From NCBI GenBank assembly GCA_973895155.1, contig OZ316899.1, positions 11,337,675 through 11,401,674 of the forward strand: a stretch of 64,000 nucleotides of DNA, written 5' to 3'. Positions 26,341 to 40,600 of this stretch are shown here, in pieces. The position numbers were made by a program, and so were the translations under genes. Position 1 is the stretch's first letter. Each line of letters opens with the position of its first letter. The notes under the pieces were generated by a model. That model was not told the origin of the DNA, did no database searches, and saw nothing but the letters and a program-made list of their open reading frames with translations. The stretch comes from Marsupella aquatica. Taxonomy: Eukaryota > Plantae > Marchantiophyta.

Positions 26341-28203
26341 ATGAATCAACAATACTCAGCTCAGGACGCGCGCGCCGGTGGGGTGTCACTACAACGGCCC
26401 TTTGATTTGGCATACAACGAGATGGGAGATCGGTCGTCTGCGCAGGCGAGGAAGGAATCCACTACTTTCCTATCAGCACAGGCAGAATGGGAGAAACAGA
26501 GAACAGCAGAAGATGGTGGGCACAAAGAGAATGAATTCAACTATGGAACTCAAGTGGGGCCAGCGCAAATTGAGCATCGAAGGGAAAACATGTATAGGGG
26601 TCACATGAGCTCCTTTAGCGACAGGCACTATGGAAACGATCGACCTCAAGACGCAACTATGATGGACCACCAAGAGACTGAAGAAGTTACAGAAGAATGT
26701 GTTAGAATTCTAAAAGGGATCGCAGAGAACTCAAAAGAGAATTGGGAAGACAGCCTCTATACTACTATGGAATGGAGCCTAGAGGAAGCAGCTGTAAACG
26801 TCCGTCAACTGTACAACTGTGGAGCTTTGTTTTACTTCACTGACAGGACACCGCTACTGCAGGTTTTCAGAGAATGGATTGAAGAGACAATGGTTAAGGA
26901 GATGAGGTGGCCGGTGGTCTAGGTTAAGTTTGTAGGTAGGAACTTCTACCTAGTGGTCTTTGAGCAGCCCGACCACAGAGATGAAGCACTTGCATCGGCC
27001 CCTTGGTTCATGGAGAGGAGATTTGTATATGCATTTGCATGGGAACCAGCGTTTGATGTTAAGAATGAGAGCTTCACCAAGCTCCCGATTTGGATTGAAA
27101 TTCCGTTTAGAGCTTTGATCCTGGAAGGATGCTGCCGGATTATTGCTGAATCTTTTGGACCACTCTTATACTACATACAAGGAGAGGAATACAGCTCATA
27201 CCCGCACGATAGAGCTTGTATCTTATGGGATACAGAAAGAGAAATACCGGCTAGCGTGCAGATTCAACTGAGAGAAGACATTGTGATATGGCAACCAGTC
27301 ATTTTCAGGAACATCCCCTTCCACTGTTACAAATGCAACGTCAAGGGACACCTTGCACGAGACTGCACTACGGAATTGCAAGAGAATGACAAAGTTGGGA
27401 AGGGGCAAGGTGGGACTTTGGGCCCGGAGAAGAAGGAAACAGGACAAGACATCAATAACACAATCACAGAGATCCACGGACCTGAGGAGATGGGCCCTCC
27501 CTTGGCTGTTTGCGCAAATGCCACCGTACGCCAAGAAGGAGATGCTTTTGAAGGAGAGGAAATGAACCAAAATGCAGAAATTGAGCAGGATTTAGAACCT
27601 CGAGGTGCACGATCTAACTTGCCTGTTGCTCATAGTGGTGGGGTTATCATTTTGAGCCTGCAGGGCCGTGTGGGGGAGCCCTCTTTCCCTCATGAGGGAA
27701 TGGACTACAGGTCCATTGTACCTTTACAAGTCTCAGGGAATGCCTTGAAGGAAAGCAACACTGAGAGTCGTCCCATGGGAAGACTTGACCCGGGAGCGTC
27801 GAGCTTTGAACCTGTGCCCTTAGGACGAACTGTAAAGCCGTCTGGACAAATCCCTGCTACTCCTAACTCAAGCGCTGGAGGAGAGGAAACATTCTCCTAT
27901 CATGGGGACTCAGATATTGAGATGTCTGAATATGACGAATACATCCTTCGGAGCCAGGCTAAGGCGTGCGCACGGAAGCAAGAAATGAGGACACCCCAGA
28001 GAGAAAAGATTAATAAAGAGAAATTAGAAGGGAAAAAGCAACGTTCTCTCCTGTTCTCACACAATAATCTGATGGATGCAGGTTCTGAGGAGCAATTGGA
28101 AGGGATCGATCGGGAGCAAGGCCGCTGGGACAAGGAGAGACCTAGATCTGCGGATGGTAGATCGGAAGGGAGGACCTCGCCTCTGAAGAACCTGGCTATT
28201 TGA
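26341..28203 (+). pseudogene. LINE ORF1 (DUF4283/RRM-like plus zinc knuckle), one in-frame stop at 26920
   Basis: ALASAPWFMERR..FAWEPAF, LPIWIEIP, CYKCNVKGHLARDC. ORFs 26341 and 26953 are in the same frame. Confidence 0.85.
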
Positions 28204-28248
28204 CCCACTGATAAGAATGGCTAGACTGTGTCCTCACGGCCTTCCACG

Positions 28249-31200
28249 TGTAGGAAAACCGTTAGCTCCATCCTAGACAGCAATGCGGAACATGAGAGCA
28301 CTCAATCTCACACTACACCAACAAGACACCACGATCATGGAGAAACTCTTGAAGGATCCATAGCTCATGAGATTGAACATGTGAAGAATGAGGGAGAGAA
28401 TGCTCTCCCTCCAACCTATACCCCCAAGGGGGACAAAGATGTGTGGGCCTAAATAAGTGGACCTTATCCTTAATTAACCAAGGGTCAATTAACCCTAGTA
28501 AGGCCAAACTAACTATAGTCGGGAACTCGAGTCAATTCCTAACAATCTCCACCTTGACTCCAGTTCACACAATGAGTCAGGTGATAAACAATATGTAACT
28601 AAGTAACATATCTACATAGTCTCCGGTTTGGCCCTAACATTAATAATATCCACACAATGACTAAAGCTATTGGTAGGTAAAACTTTGGTAAGCATGTCTG
28701 TTGCATTCTCCTCTAAAGCCACCTTCTCCAGAAACATCTACTTTGTCTCAATCACCTCACGGATGAAGTGATAACGAATATCAATGTGCTTTGTCCTAGC
28801 GTGGAACACAGGGTTCTTAGCCAAATGCAAAGCACTTTGACTATCACACAACAGCACCGGTCTTTCAGGTGAAAGACCTAAATCACTCACCAATCTCCGT
28901 AGCCAGATCAACTCCTTGGTTGCCTTGCAGGCAGCCATGTACTCAGCCTCAGTAGTAGACAACGCAACACAGGATTGAGTTGCTGACTTCCAACTGATAC
29001 AATCTCCACCCAACATAAACACATAGCCTGTAGTAGACTTCCTATTATCCAAGTTACCAGCATAATCTGAATCTACAAAACCTCCCAACTCTAATGTAGA
29101 GTCTGCTTTACCGTCAAATAGAATCCCACAATCTAGGGTACCTTTCAAATATTGCAAAACCGACTTCACTGCTTCCCAATGAAGTTTACCAGGGTTTGCC
29201 ATAAATCTACTCAAAATGCTAACGGCGTGGGCAATGTCAGGTCTAGTGCATGTCATTGCATACATCAAACTACCCATAACACTATCATAGGGAACCTGTT
29301 TCATCGCCAGTCTATTACTCTCACTAGAAGGGCAATCATTCTTTGAGAGTTTAAAGTGGGAAGCCAATGGAGTACCAGCTGGTTTTGCATTCTCCATCCC
29401 ATACTTGGCAAGTACTTTCTCTAAATACTGCCTCTAAGACAACCATAATTGCCTCTGCTCCCTATCACGATGAATCTTCATCCCTAGAATCTTCTTGGCC
29501 TGACCTAAGTCCTTCATTGAAAACTCCTTACTCAGCATTGCTTTCAGATGGGCAACATCAGACTTATTCTCAGCCAGGATCAGGATGTCATCCACGTATA
29601 GTGCCAGCACAATGTAACCAAAGCGTGAGTAATTCTCCACCTCCTTCATGTAAATACAACAATCATGTTCACTCTGCGTGAACCCTGTGATAACATGAAG
29701 GAATCAAAATGCTTATTCCATTGTTTGGGACTCTGCTTCAATCCGTATAACGAGCGCAAGAGCTGACACACCAAGTGTCTGGTCTTCTCGTCAATAAAAC
29801 CTGGAGGTTGAGTCATATAAATCTCCACATCAAGCAATCCATGTAGGAAAGCAGTAATTACATCCATTTGATTTAACTCAAGATCATAGAATGCCACAAT
29901 TGCAAGTAAAACACGGATAGTAGCGAGTTTGACAACTGGTGAGAAAATCTCCGTGTAGTCCAAGCCCTCTAGCCTTCTGGGTGTACCCTTTGGCCACAAG
30001 GCGTGCCTTGTAAGTGCCATCCTGCTTCTTCTTGTACAACCATCTACACGGAACCAATGTCTTCCCGGTAGGCATGTCCACTAAGCGCCAAGTTGAATTC
30101 TTCTTCAAAGAATTCATCTCCTTCAACATCGCCTCCATCCACTTATCCTTCTCTGGAGAGGCCATAGCTTCTTCATAGCTAGAGGGGTCTCCATCTTCAG
30201 TGAGCAATATAACACCGGGATCATCGTCGTGCTCAACAACATGAACACAAGGATCTATAAAACCAAATCTATCAGGGGGTTGGCCAAGATTGGCCCTTGT
30301 GGATTGCCTCAATTGAGGGACTGCACCTCTACCATAGGGACCAGCAGCTTCCTCAACACCATCAAGCTCCACCGTAGTGGGTTCCTCCACCTGCTCCTCC
30401 TGATCATCCCGGGTTCTTGACAACCATTCTTTGTCAAAAACAACATTTCTGCTCACAATTGCCTTGCAATCGACAGGATCCCACAATTTGTAGCCCTTCT
30501 GCCCGGGACTAAAGCCTAGAAAAATACATTTCTTAGACTTGGGATCCAACTTAGACCTGTGTGTCTGCTCAATGTGAACATAGGTAGCACACCCAAAAAC
30601 TCGGAGTCTATAGTAATCAGCAGGTCTCTTATACCACAACTCAAATGGAGTCTACATCAACTTACTACTGTGCGGTGACAGGTTGTAAACGTATGCAGCT
30701 TGGTTGACAGCTTCAACCCAAAAATTATGGGGCAACTTGGACCTACATAGCATGCTGCATGCTTTCTCCAGTAATGTCCGATTCAACCGTTCTGCCATTC
30801 CATTCTGCTGCAGGGTCTTTGGTACAGTGTAATGACGCTTGAGGCCAAGGTCCCGACCAAATTGGTCAAACTCATTGGACTTATACTCGCCACCATTATC
30901 TGACCAAACACACTTCAACTCCTTCCCAGTTTGTAGCTCCACCATGGCTTTCCACTCCTTGAAGATCTCAAATACTTAAGACTTCTCCTTCATGTAGTAC
31001 AGCCAACACATTCGAGAGTAATCATCTACAAACGTCACAAAATATCTGGCTCCACCCAACGATGGCTCTGATGCTAGACCCCAAACATCTGAATGTACGT
31101 ACTCAAGAATCTTATGAGAATGGCAGGAACTAGAACTGAAACTCACTCTCCTCCGCTTGCCGTAGATGCAATCTTCATAGAAATAAAGTTTTCCAGATTG

Positions 31201-34073
31201 TGCGCCTTGCAGCAAATCTCTGTTTGCCAAGGCTGCCAATCCTTTACCACTCAAGTGCCCCAATCGTGCATGCCATAAATCTATGGCCTGTGTGCGACCA
31301 GATGTTGATGGTGCTTCAATTGAAGCAACCGACAATGCCATTGCATCCAAACGTTCCACCATAGAATCCACATGCTCCACTCTAGGAGCAATCACATCTC
31401 CTTGCAAGATGTACAAATTATTCTGCCGTAGCGCCTTAATCAAAGTTACCTCACCTTTGACAACAAAGAGTGCACCATCACGTGCAGTGAAATGATATCC
31501 ACCAGCTTCCAAAGCACCAAGAGAAATCAAGTTCTTAGAGATGTCTGGTATGTGCGTGACTTTCGTCAATGCTCGCACAACACCATCAAACATCCGGAAT
31601 TTGATAGTCCCCATGCCAACAATCTCACATCGGACCCCGTTGCCGATTTCCACGCTACCAGTACACGGTTGGTAAGTAGAGAAATAAGATCGCATTGGAC
31701 ACACGTGATAAGAGGAACCCGAATCCAACATCCATTTATTGTCATACACAGAATTAATAGCACCAATACATAGCACTTCGGCACCATCCTCATTATCAGC
31801 AATCACTATGCCAGTTGAAGATGAAGATGCACCATCAAAAGTAGGACGCTTCTGCTTGGTCAAAGAAGGGCAAGACCACTTGGTGTGGCCCTTCTCATGG
31901 AAATGCCAACACTGAACCTTCTTACTACGGGACTTAGATTTAGATTTGTTCTGAGATCTAGATCTAGATTGATCCGCAATACGCTCAGTGGATGTACCTC
32001 TAACCATTAAGGTAGCAGACTCATCATCATGGGAAGATAGATGTCGCTTGCTCCATTCTGCAAGAATAGTAGCCTTCACCACATCCAGCTTCAACGTAGG
32101 CTTGTCATGCGTGATGACCGTTACCAACGTTGAAAAGCTCTTTGGAAGCGACATCAACAAATGCATTGCAAGGTACTCATCGGTCAACTTATCTCCCGCC
32201 GTGGTCACCTCGTGCACAATCTCATCGAAGAGACTAAGATGATCACGCATGTTTCCACCATCCTGCAACTTCAACCTGAATAGCCGCTCCAACTGGTAAA
32301 TGCGAGTAGTCAATGAAGTACTTTGGTATAGTTGAGTAAGCGTATCCCAAATCTTCTTGGCGTTGCGATCCATCCCCAACACAATCTTGAGAATGTTGTT
32401 TGCCAAGAACAACTCAATTGTACTACATGCCTGCACCAACATGTCTTCCCACTCCTCATCTATAAGGGTCGAGGGCTTCACTCCAGTGATGGTCTTCTCA
32501 AGACCCTGTTGGATCAACACGTTGGTCACCTTCCGAGTCCAGAGGCTAAATCTGACCTTCCCATCAAACTTTTCCACCTCAAACTTTGGCGCCGCAAGCT
32601 TTCTTGAAGTCATTGATGCTGACACAAACACACAGGAAACACAAGTACCAAAATACCTCTACACACAATCACCAAAAAATGAAAGTTGGCAAATGTGGAA
32701 CTGTAATGCACCACCGCGTAGCCTGCAAGGTACACTACCAATATTTGAAAACGATTTGGCAAAAAACTGCTTCTGAAAAAAGTTATCCAAAAAAAAGGTT
32801 GTTTTTTTCCCCCTTTTTTTTCTCCTCCTCAAAGCACCCGCGGAACGGTGTTCCGTGGGTCCCTGTTTTTCCCCACCGCAAAGCTATCACGGAACGGTGT
32901 TCCGTGGATCAATGTTTTTCTTCACTGCCAAGTTGTTGTGGAACGGTGTTCCATGGGTACTGTTTTTTCCCACCAACGAACCGCGACGGAACAATGTTCC
33001 GTGGGAGACTGTCTCACCACCACTGAGCTGCGACGGAACAGTGTTCCACGGGAGACTATCTCACCACCACTGAGCTACGACGGAACAGTGTTCCGCGAGT
33101 GAAATTTCTCACCACCACTCAGAACAAGCGCTAAACACGGCATGATTTCTGGACAAAATCATTGTTCACTTGTCATTTTCTGTTTGCCCTGAGTAACAAC
33201 CACACCTCATCACTACAATGCCCGGCAGCTACGTACTCCACTCGTACTCCACCGCACAAATTGTCGGCGTCACCGCAAATTGTTGCGCAACGTGACCCAA
33301 GAGGTGAACGAAGAAAAAATTGAGAAAAAACCATGAAGAAAAAAAAACATCGATATTTTCCCGAGAAAACATCAACCCAAGACCCCGTAAGAGATCAAGC
33401 CGAGCACAAAGACTCCATAGCCAAAGAGATTAGGCTACAAACAGCAAAATGTAAAACGATATTGCTTCGCACTCGCTTGATGAAACGCTGTGAAAATTTC
33501 ACCGAGACGAAGTGCTCGCCGATGCGCACAATGAAACGCAAGACTGTCCGCCCGGCAGTATTCAGAAAACCAAAGACACATCCGACACTTCTGATGTGAA
33601 GTTTCAATCGGGAAACCATCACTCCTTCTGAACGCGAAACCTCCAGCGCACAACGACCAGTGACACAATCATACAAATTGTTGAAAACAATCTGATGTGT
33701 CACCACGATTCAACACAAAGAATACTCTCACCACTGTCCAGGCAACCGAACGTCGAACACGAAGCTCTGATACCACTTGTAGGAAAACCGTCAGCTCCAT
33801 CCTAGACAGCAATGCAGAACATGAGAGCACTCGATCTCACACTACACCAACAAGACACCACAATCATGGAGAAACTCCTGAAGGATCATAGCTCATGAGA
33901 TTGAACATGTGAAGAATGAGGGAGAGAATGCTCTCCCTCCAACCTATACCCCCCAAGGGGGACAAAGATGTGTGGGCCTAAATAAGTGGATCTTATCCTT
34001 AATTAACCAAGGGTCAATTAACCCTAGTAAGGCCAAACTAACTATAGTCGGGAACTTGAGTCAATTCCTAACA
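28249..34073 (-). mobile_element. Ty1/Copia, Tork/Tnt1-like, structurally complete, inserted between LINE ORF1 and ORF2
   Basis: 296-bp near-identical TG...CA LTRs at 28249-28544 and 33778-34073. TSD CCACG (28244-28248, 34074-34078). Met PBS at 33764-33775; PPT at 28545-28556. Polyprotein 32631 to ~28620 (FEVEKFDG, LDSGSSYH, WHARLGH, HSDVWG, LYVDDIL, RTKHIDIRYHFIR) with a few stops and frameshifts. Confidence 0.95.
32838..33097. repeat. Tandem repeat in the Copia 5' UTR, ~48-bp period, ~6 copies with palindromic core CGGAAC-N3-GTTCCG
   Basis: Cores near 32841, 32890, 32939, 32987, 33033 and 33081. Confidence 0.8.
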
Positions 34074-37000
34074 CCACGCCCATTAGTGGTGGGAGGGGTG
34101 CTTCTCCTGGAGGGCGCCCCCGTATCTAATCTCTAACTTTGAATTCTGGGAGCCTCCTTGCGCTCTAAGAAGATGGAGGACCGGCTGAGAATGGCTTCAT
34201 GGAATGTATGTGGGTTAGGTGAACTAAATAGGAAACAACTAGTCAAACAGTGGATAAAAGGATTAATTGCTCCGCTTGGAGCGCTGGCTCTTCAAGAAGT
34301 CAAGACAAATAGCTTTAGATTAGATTTAGCACTTCGAGCAATTCTACCTGATTACCACCACTTCATGTCTGAACCAGAGGAGGGCAGAGGGGGATCGACG
34401 CTATCTATTCACCCAAAGTGGAAGGTGCTAAATCAGGGAATTTTAGATTTTAGATTTTAGAATAAGAGCTATATGGGTAATTCTAGAACATAAGAAAGGG
34501 CCGATTGGAATTGCCAACATTTATGCACCAAACTCAGCCAGATCTCGGGCGGCTGTATGGCATGAACTCAAAGTGGCTCTACCTCAGGCGTATTGGATTA
34601 TATGCGGGGATTTCAACATGATGGAAGATCGTGCGGACTCAATGGGAGGATCTTTGCTTATTAGGGGGCTGGAATTAGAGTTCTGGCGCTTCCTGACAAC
34701 CAGGTTTGATTTGGTGGATGCATTGAAGATCGGAGGGCTAAAGTCTGGTTCTCTATTCACATGGAGGAGATGGAGAGGAGACGAGCTGATGCAATCAAGG
34801 TTGGATCGCTTCTACGTTAGCGATGGAGGCTGGTGGGTCTGTGGTCCGGTTTGTCTCATGCACGATGGTGGGTCCATGCTTTCTGATCATGACCCTATCC
34901 TGTTGGAACTTTGACTCCAAGAGGCTAGGGAGTGCGGAGGGCTGGACCGGGTTCACCTCTTTAAGGCTGACCCCACTGTACTGAGAAAAGAGGAAAACAG
35001 GGAGAAGCTCGAAGCTACCTGGAGGACCGGAAAGGACAATGCTAGGGATCCACACGCGAGATTTGCCATAGCTTGCAGCTCACTACGGAAGGCTTACAAG
35101 GAAATACAGGCGCTACCAAAGAAGAAGGAAGAAGAAATGAACTTCTTAAGAGCCCAACTACAGAATCTGAAGGAAATGTTAGAAAAATTCAACTCTGAGG
35201 AAACAGTGACGGAGTACATCCTGGCGGAAGATCAGCTTCACCTGGCTGAAATGGAGGAAGCGATGCTAGGCAGAAGATTGGCACAAATTAAATGGCTTGG
35301 AGAAGGGGAAGAAAGCACTAAATTCTATTTTGCAACGATTAAAGCCAAACGAGACCGAGAGAAGATTCCTTCCTGCAAAGGGAGGATGACTCAACCATAG
35401 TGGACCCGACGCTGATAATGAGAGAAGTGGAAAAGCACTGCAACAATCTATACTCCCCTGAGCCACTTTCTTACTCGGAACACCAGGATTGTTTGGCTGC
35501 TCGGAAGCGGCTGCTGGAGAAAATGAGGCACTCTCTTACTGCAGCTGAGATTTGCATGATGGAAGAAACCCCATCGGCAAAAGAGGTTAAAGACGGACTT
35601 TGGTCTCTCCCACTTGATAAGACTCTAGGACCAGGCGGACTAACGGCAGGGGTCTTTAGGGCAGGCTGGGATTATATTCACACGGATCTGCTGGAGATGA
35701 TACAAGACTACTGGTTAACAGGCAAGCTAGCGGCAAGCATCAAGCTGGGCATTATCAAGCTGATACCCAAGAAAGAGGACAAAAGATTCTTGAAAGACTG
35801 GAGACCACTGACCATGCTAAACACGATTTATAAATTGATTGCTAAGCTTTTGGCTGCCCGGATGCAACTGGTCATCCCTAAGTTGGTTAACAAGCAGCAA
35901 ACTGGGTTCATCCTGGCTGTCACATCTTAGAGAATATATTGGTAGCATGGCTCACGGGAAAATGGGCTCGGAAGACAAGACGTCCGACACTCTTTCTGAA
36001 GCTAGACTTCAAAAAAGCTTTTGACAGGGTAAATCACGATTACTTGTGGGAAACAATGCTTCTCCTAGGGTTCAGTAGTTGGACCATTCAGCTAGTTCAA
36101 GCTCTGCTCTCGGTGGCTTCTTCACGGGTGGTTGTGAATGGGCTTATCTCAGAGGCAATTGTGTTGCGTTGGGGGGTGAGGCAGGGCTGCCCCCTCTCTC
36201 CCTTACTCTTTGTGCTGTCCACCCAACCGCTGATGACGTTCTTAGATTCAGAGATCAAAGAAGGAAGAGTGCAGGGAATCAAGATCAGCGAACAATGTAC
36301 TATCTGCTTCAGACTCTTTGCAGACGATGTTGGAATGTTTATCCCTGCATGTGAGACTGCTTTCTCTGAGGCTAGAGCAACGCTGGCCTGCTATGAGTGC
36401 GCGTCTGGTGCTAGGCTGAATCTCCAAAAATTGATTATCATACCATTTGCGCTTGAGCGCATTCCAGAATGGCTAAGCAAAATTGAATGCAGGATCAGCA
36501 AAGCAGGAGAGCTGCATATCTATCTTGGGGCGCCATTCGGACTAGAGCTTGGGGCGGATCAAATTCACAAATTCTGTTTAGACAAGATCGCTAAGAGATT
36601 GGCTTCCTGGGCTAACAAACTGATCTCATTCACAGGAAGGACTCTGCTGATTAAACAGGTTTTGTTAATTGGCTATCCCTATCTACCATGTGATGCACTT
36701 GAGATCATTTGCTCGGCTGGCAAAGAAATTGGTGGCGCTGTGCAGGGACTTTCTGTGGGGCTATAATCAAGAGGGGAACAAGAAGATTCCTCTGGTGGCC
36801 TGGACAAAGATGGCACGGCCTAAAATAGATGGCGGACTTGGTTTCAAAGACTTCCGCACTCACTCTGAGGCTCTACTTACCCAATGGTTCATGAAGGCTC
36901 TGGATTGCCCCACTGCTGAATGGTCGCTACTGCTGCAGGCTAACCTTGATCTCATGGGCTGGAGGCTTTACAAGGTGATACGTCGGAACAATTACACTTT

Positions 37001-37094
37001 CTAGGATAAGTTATCAATGTGCTCGCCACGGGCTAGCGGAGGAATGCCTTACACATGGATCAGCCTATTCATTAAAAGTGTATTATTATTTGAT

Positions 37095-37422
37095 TTATGT
37101 ACATTTGGGCAATGAAAAGTGTACTTTTGGGCTTGGAAAAGTGTACATTTGACCAATGAAAAGTGTACATTTGGGGATAAAAAAGTGTACAATTGGTCTA
37201 AAGAGTGTATATTTGGGCAATGAAAAGTGTACATTTGAGCATCAAAATATGTACATTTGGCTTAAAAAGTGTACATTTTAGTACATTTGGCCTAGAAAGT
37301 GTACATTTGAGTGAAAAAAGGATACATTTGGCTTAAAAAGTGTACATTTCAGTGCATTTAGTCTAGAAAGTGTAGCTTTGAGTGCAACAAAGAGTACATT
37401 TGGCCTAAAAAGTGTACATTTT
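37095..37422. repeat. Left subterminal repeats, ~16 copies of AAAAGTGTACATTTG with ~21-22-bp period
   Basis: Directly visible; the motif also overlaps the inner part of the TIR. Confidence 0.9.
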
Positions 37423-37642
37423 CCTGAAAACTTTTATTGTAATCATTTAAAATAAAGAAATTAATAAAAAATATTTTTAATTATGCAGAAAAAATAAACA
37501 TTCATATTCATAATAATCAAAAGTTTAGAAAATGAGTAGATAGTCTACTAAGTAACTAAACACTCAATGGCATGGTCTCACAATATATATAACTCTTACA
37601 TAAAAACTAGTAACTATCTAATTATATCTTAGCTAGTGACAA

Positions 37643-40600
37643 CTAAGTGTACTTGTCCATCCTTTGGAGATAACTTTGGACAGTTTGTAGAACATTTCGA
37701 GGAATCTTCAAACCTCTGCCAACCATGTTTTCTTCCTTCATTCCAGATTTAAAACCATACATTGCAGAATTTGCATACTGCCAATGTTGAGTGTTCTCAC
37801 CAAATCCTGGATCTCGTTCCCATGTCTTGGTGGACATGAAACAATTGAGATACCTAGCACTCTCACTCACATCAAGTTTAGAGTGTTTAGGCCTCCACCA
37901 TTCCACGGGGAACATTGGAGCATATTGTTGAGTCAAAGGAGGGTCTCTTGAAGATGCAATTGGGACTTCATGCTTAGGGTCCACCTGACCCAAAGCTCTC
38001 ACCAACCAGAAATGACCTCCACCATTTTTCTTCTCCCAATCATCCTCGGGTCGAAGAAACACAAAGTTTCCTTCACAAATATCCTGGAGGGGAATCCACC
38101 GTCCTTGTTCTCTCTCAGCTCGAGATCCAACAAATGGTGCTGCTTGATCTTCCATCTCTTCCAAGACTTCATTTTGAAGAGCTGTCATCTCTGCATTCTC
38201 CTCATCTTCACTTAGAGGACCACTCTGTTCGCATGCCGATTGGTTGACCTTGTAACCAGTGCTGTGGTTAGTCTTAGGCCAAAATCCATTTTTCAATGGA
38301 AATTGATTATTTCCCTCCCCTTCCATTGCAAGCCCATTTGACAACAGCTCCACAATTCTTTCCCAATATTTAACAAGAGGAAATCTTTCCTTGTATGCTA
38401 TTGACGTCTCATCAATGCAACTCCTTCTAAAAAAATCAAGGTACTTGTTAAGGAATGGGATTATCTCTTCTGATTTTTTGTGTATCTCTCCTATGGATTT
38501 AGCTAAGGGTTGTCCACTGGGTAAAAGAAGAGAATTTGTTATTGGATCAGTTGCCCAAATGCACCTTCCGCCAACGGGAGCCCAAGCTTGCTTAACATGG
38601 GACTTATACTGAAATATTGGTACATTATCTCTCATAGAGAAAAGAAATGATACCGGTTTTGAGTGACCTTGAATATCTTTGACCTTAAAACTTTGAAGAT
38701 ATTCTTTGTAAGATGCAACTTCTTGTATCAATCTTGGAACTGGATGAATGCTCTCACATTCCCAAACCTCTGCCATTAGTGCAAGAAGGGTTGCAACTTC
38801 CTTGTGCTGAACTTGATATGATACCTTGGAAAATAGTGCATCAACATCTTTGTGCGTATGACCAACCATTAGAAAGGACATTTGAACAGTTTCAAATATT
38901 CCTCTACTCACAAGCTCCGAGCAAAATGCCATGACCGTTTGGTTTTTGTTGTCCTTTGCTGAATTATCCATTTGCAATGTTAGGTGCCTTGGCAAGGGCA
39001 TGAACAACGGACTGCCCTTCTCGCCACCCACGTCCCCTCCATCATCCTCATCCTGTCGGGTTGGGATGGTCTCAGTCTGACTGTCGGCAGCTCCATCTTC
39101 AGAACCAATATACCTATTTACTTGAATATTCTTTGGTTCCAAATATCCCGACAAAATGCATCAAAGTCAAGTAGGGCTTGAAAGAAAGGTCTGTGAGGTT
39201 CCCAATGCAAGCCATCAAGCATGTCACCTGTCTTGTCTCCATTGTACTCTTCAAGATCTCGAAGACACTTAGCCAAGGATGTCACTGTGAAATTTGCATC
39301 TCCTGGCCAAAGGCCAGTGACACTAAAGTGTGCATATACTCCTGGATCTCTCCCGTGGGTCAACATCCCTGTGAGAGCGATAGGTAGCGGCATTCCATGA
39401 CCCGAAAGTGATTTAGGAGTACTAACCATTTTTGGAATCCATGTCTTTGCTTGATCCATCTTGTCGTGAATAATGCAAAGATATTCTCCTGGATGTTGCT
39501 TGGCCATCACTCGATGAGCGTAGTAAACATATCTACGTGACATTTGCTCACGAAGATGTTGAGCTCTTTTTTCTTCAATTTCAGCACGTTCTTTTTTCCT
39601 TATCTCTCGCATCAAACTGTCTTTGTATTCACAACAAAGCGTACACTTGGCAAATGCGCCATCCTTGTGAAAACTGAAGTTTGCAAATGATGTGCTCCAT
39701 ATCTTGTAGAGAGTGTTATCCGTAACAGGAGGAAGCCCTTCTTCCTTCATCTTTGTTCTCACATCTTCCAAAATCTCTAACTTTTTGTAACACGCTGGAA
39801 GTCGATACTCAATGTTGTCTGTCCCATGAGCCCCTCCATAAGGCATATGAGGCATTGGCTCTGCATTTTGAGTCAAAAATGCCTCTAGAAGAGCTCGCGC
39901 ATGCAAGGTATTTGACCTTGTTTTCTTCAAGCCTGTGTTCCCATGGAACCCAATTTTGCAACCCTCCATGTATCTTCTCTTGTAATCATAATACTTGGTG
40001 TGACTAAAACCATGGATGGTTGCAAATGCATCTTTACAGATGACCATACCTTTGAGAACATGGTGTCCCTTATCACGAACATCATCCTCTCTGTAGTGGA
40101 AGAGGTTGAAAATGTGTGATGTTTTGGACTCGCTAAACATCCCGTGAAATTCCATCCTAACATCTTCTATATCTTCCCTTGGCATAATGAGACAACATTT
40201 ATGCTTGCAGCAATTTACTCTTTTGATCTCATCAATTGCGGCTTCTGTTGTTTTTGAAACTGCCTTGGTTTGCAAGAGCCTCCTTTTCTTCTCAACAGGA
40301 TCAACTTGATTCCTCTTGTTGAAGTTATATGGCCTTTGTCGACATCCGGATGCGGATCCAACCACATGATCCGGATTCAGATCATCCCTATCCATTGACT
40401 CCATATTCTCTGTACCTTCTACCAGAATGTCTGACAAAAATTTTCCAGTTGCTACTAGTTTTGTGTGATCAATTCGCCATCGAACCAAACTAATTACTCC
40501 CTTGTGAATGCTTGGAAAGTATTGCGATTCCATGACATCTTTCACAGCAACCCCTACATAGTCTTCTCCCAGGATTTCATCATCAACAGCCGCCGTTGCT

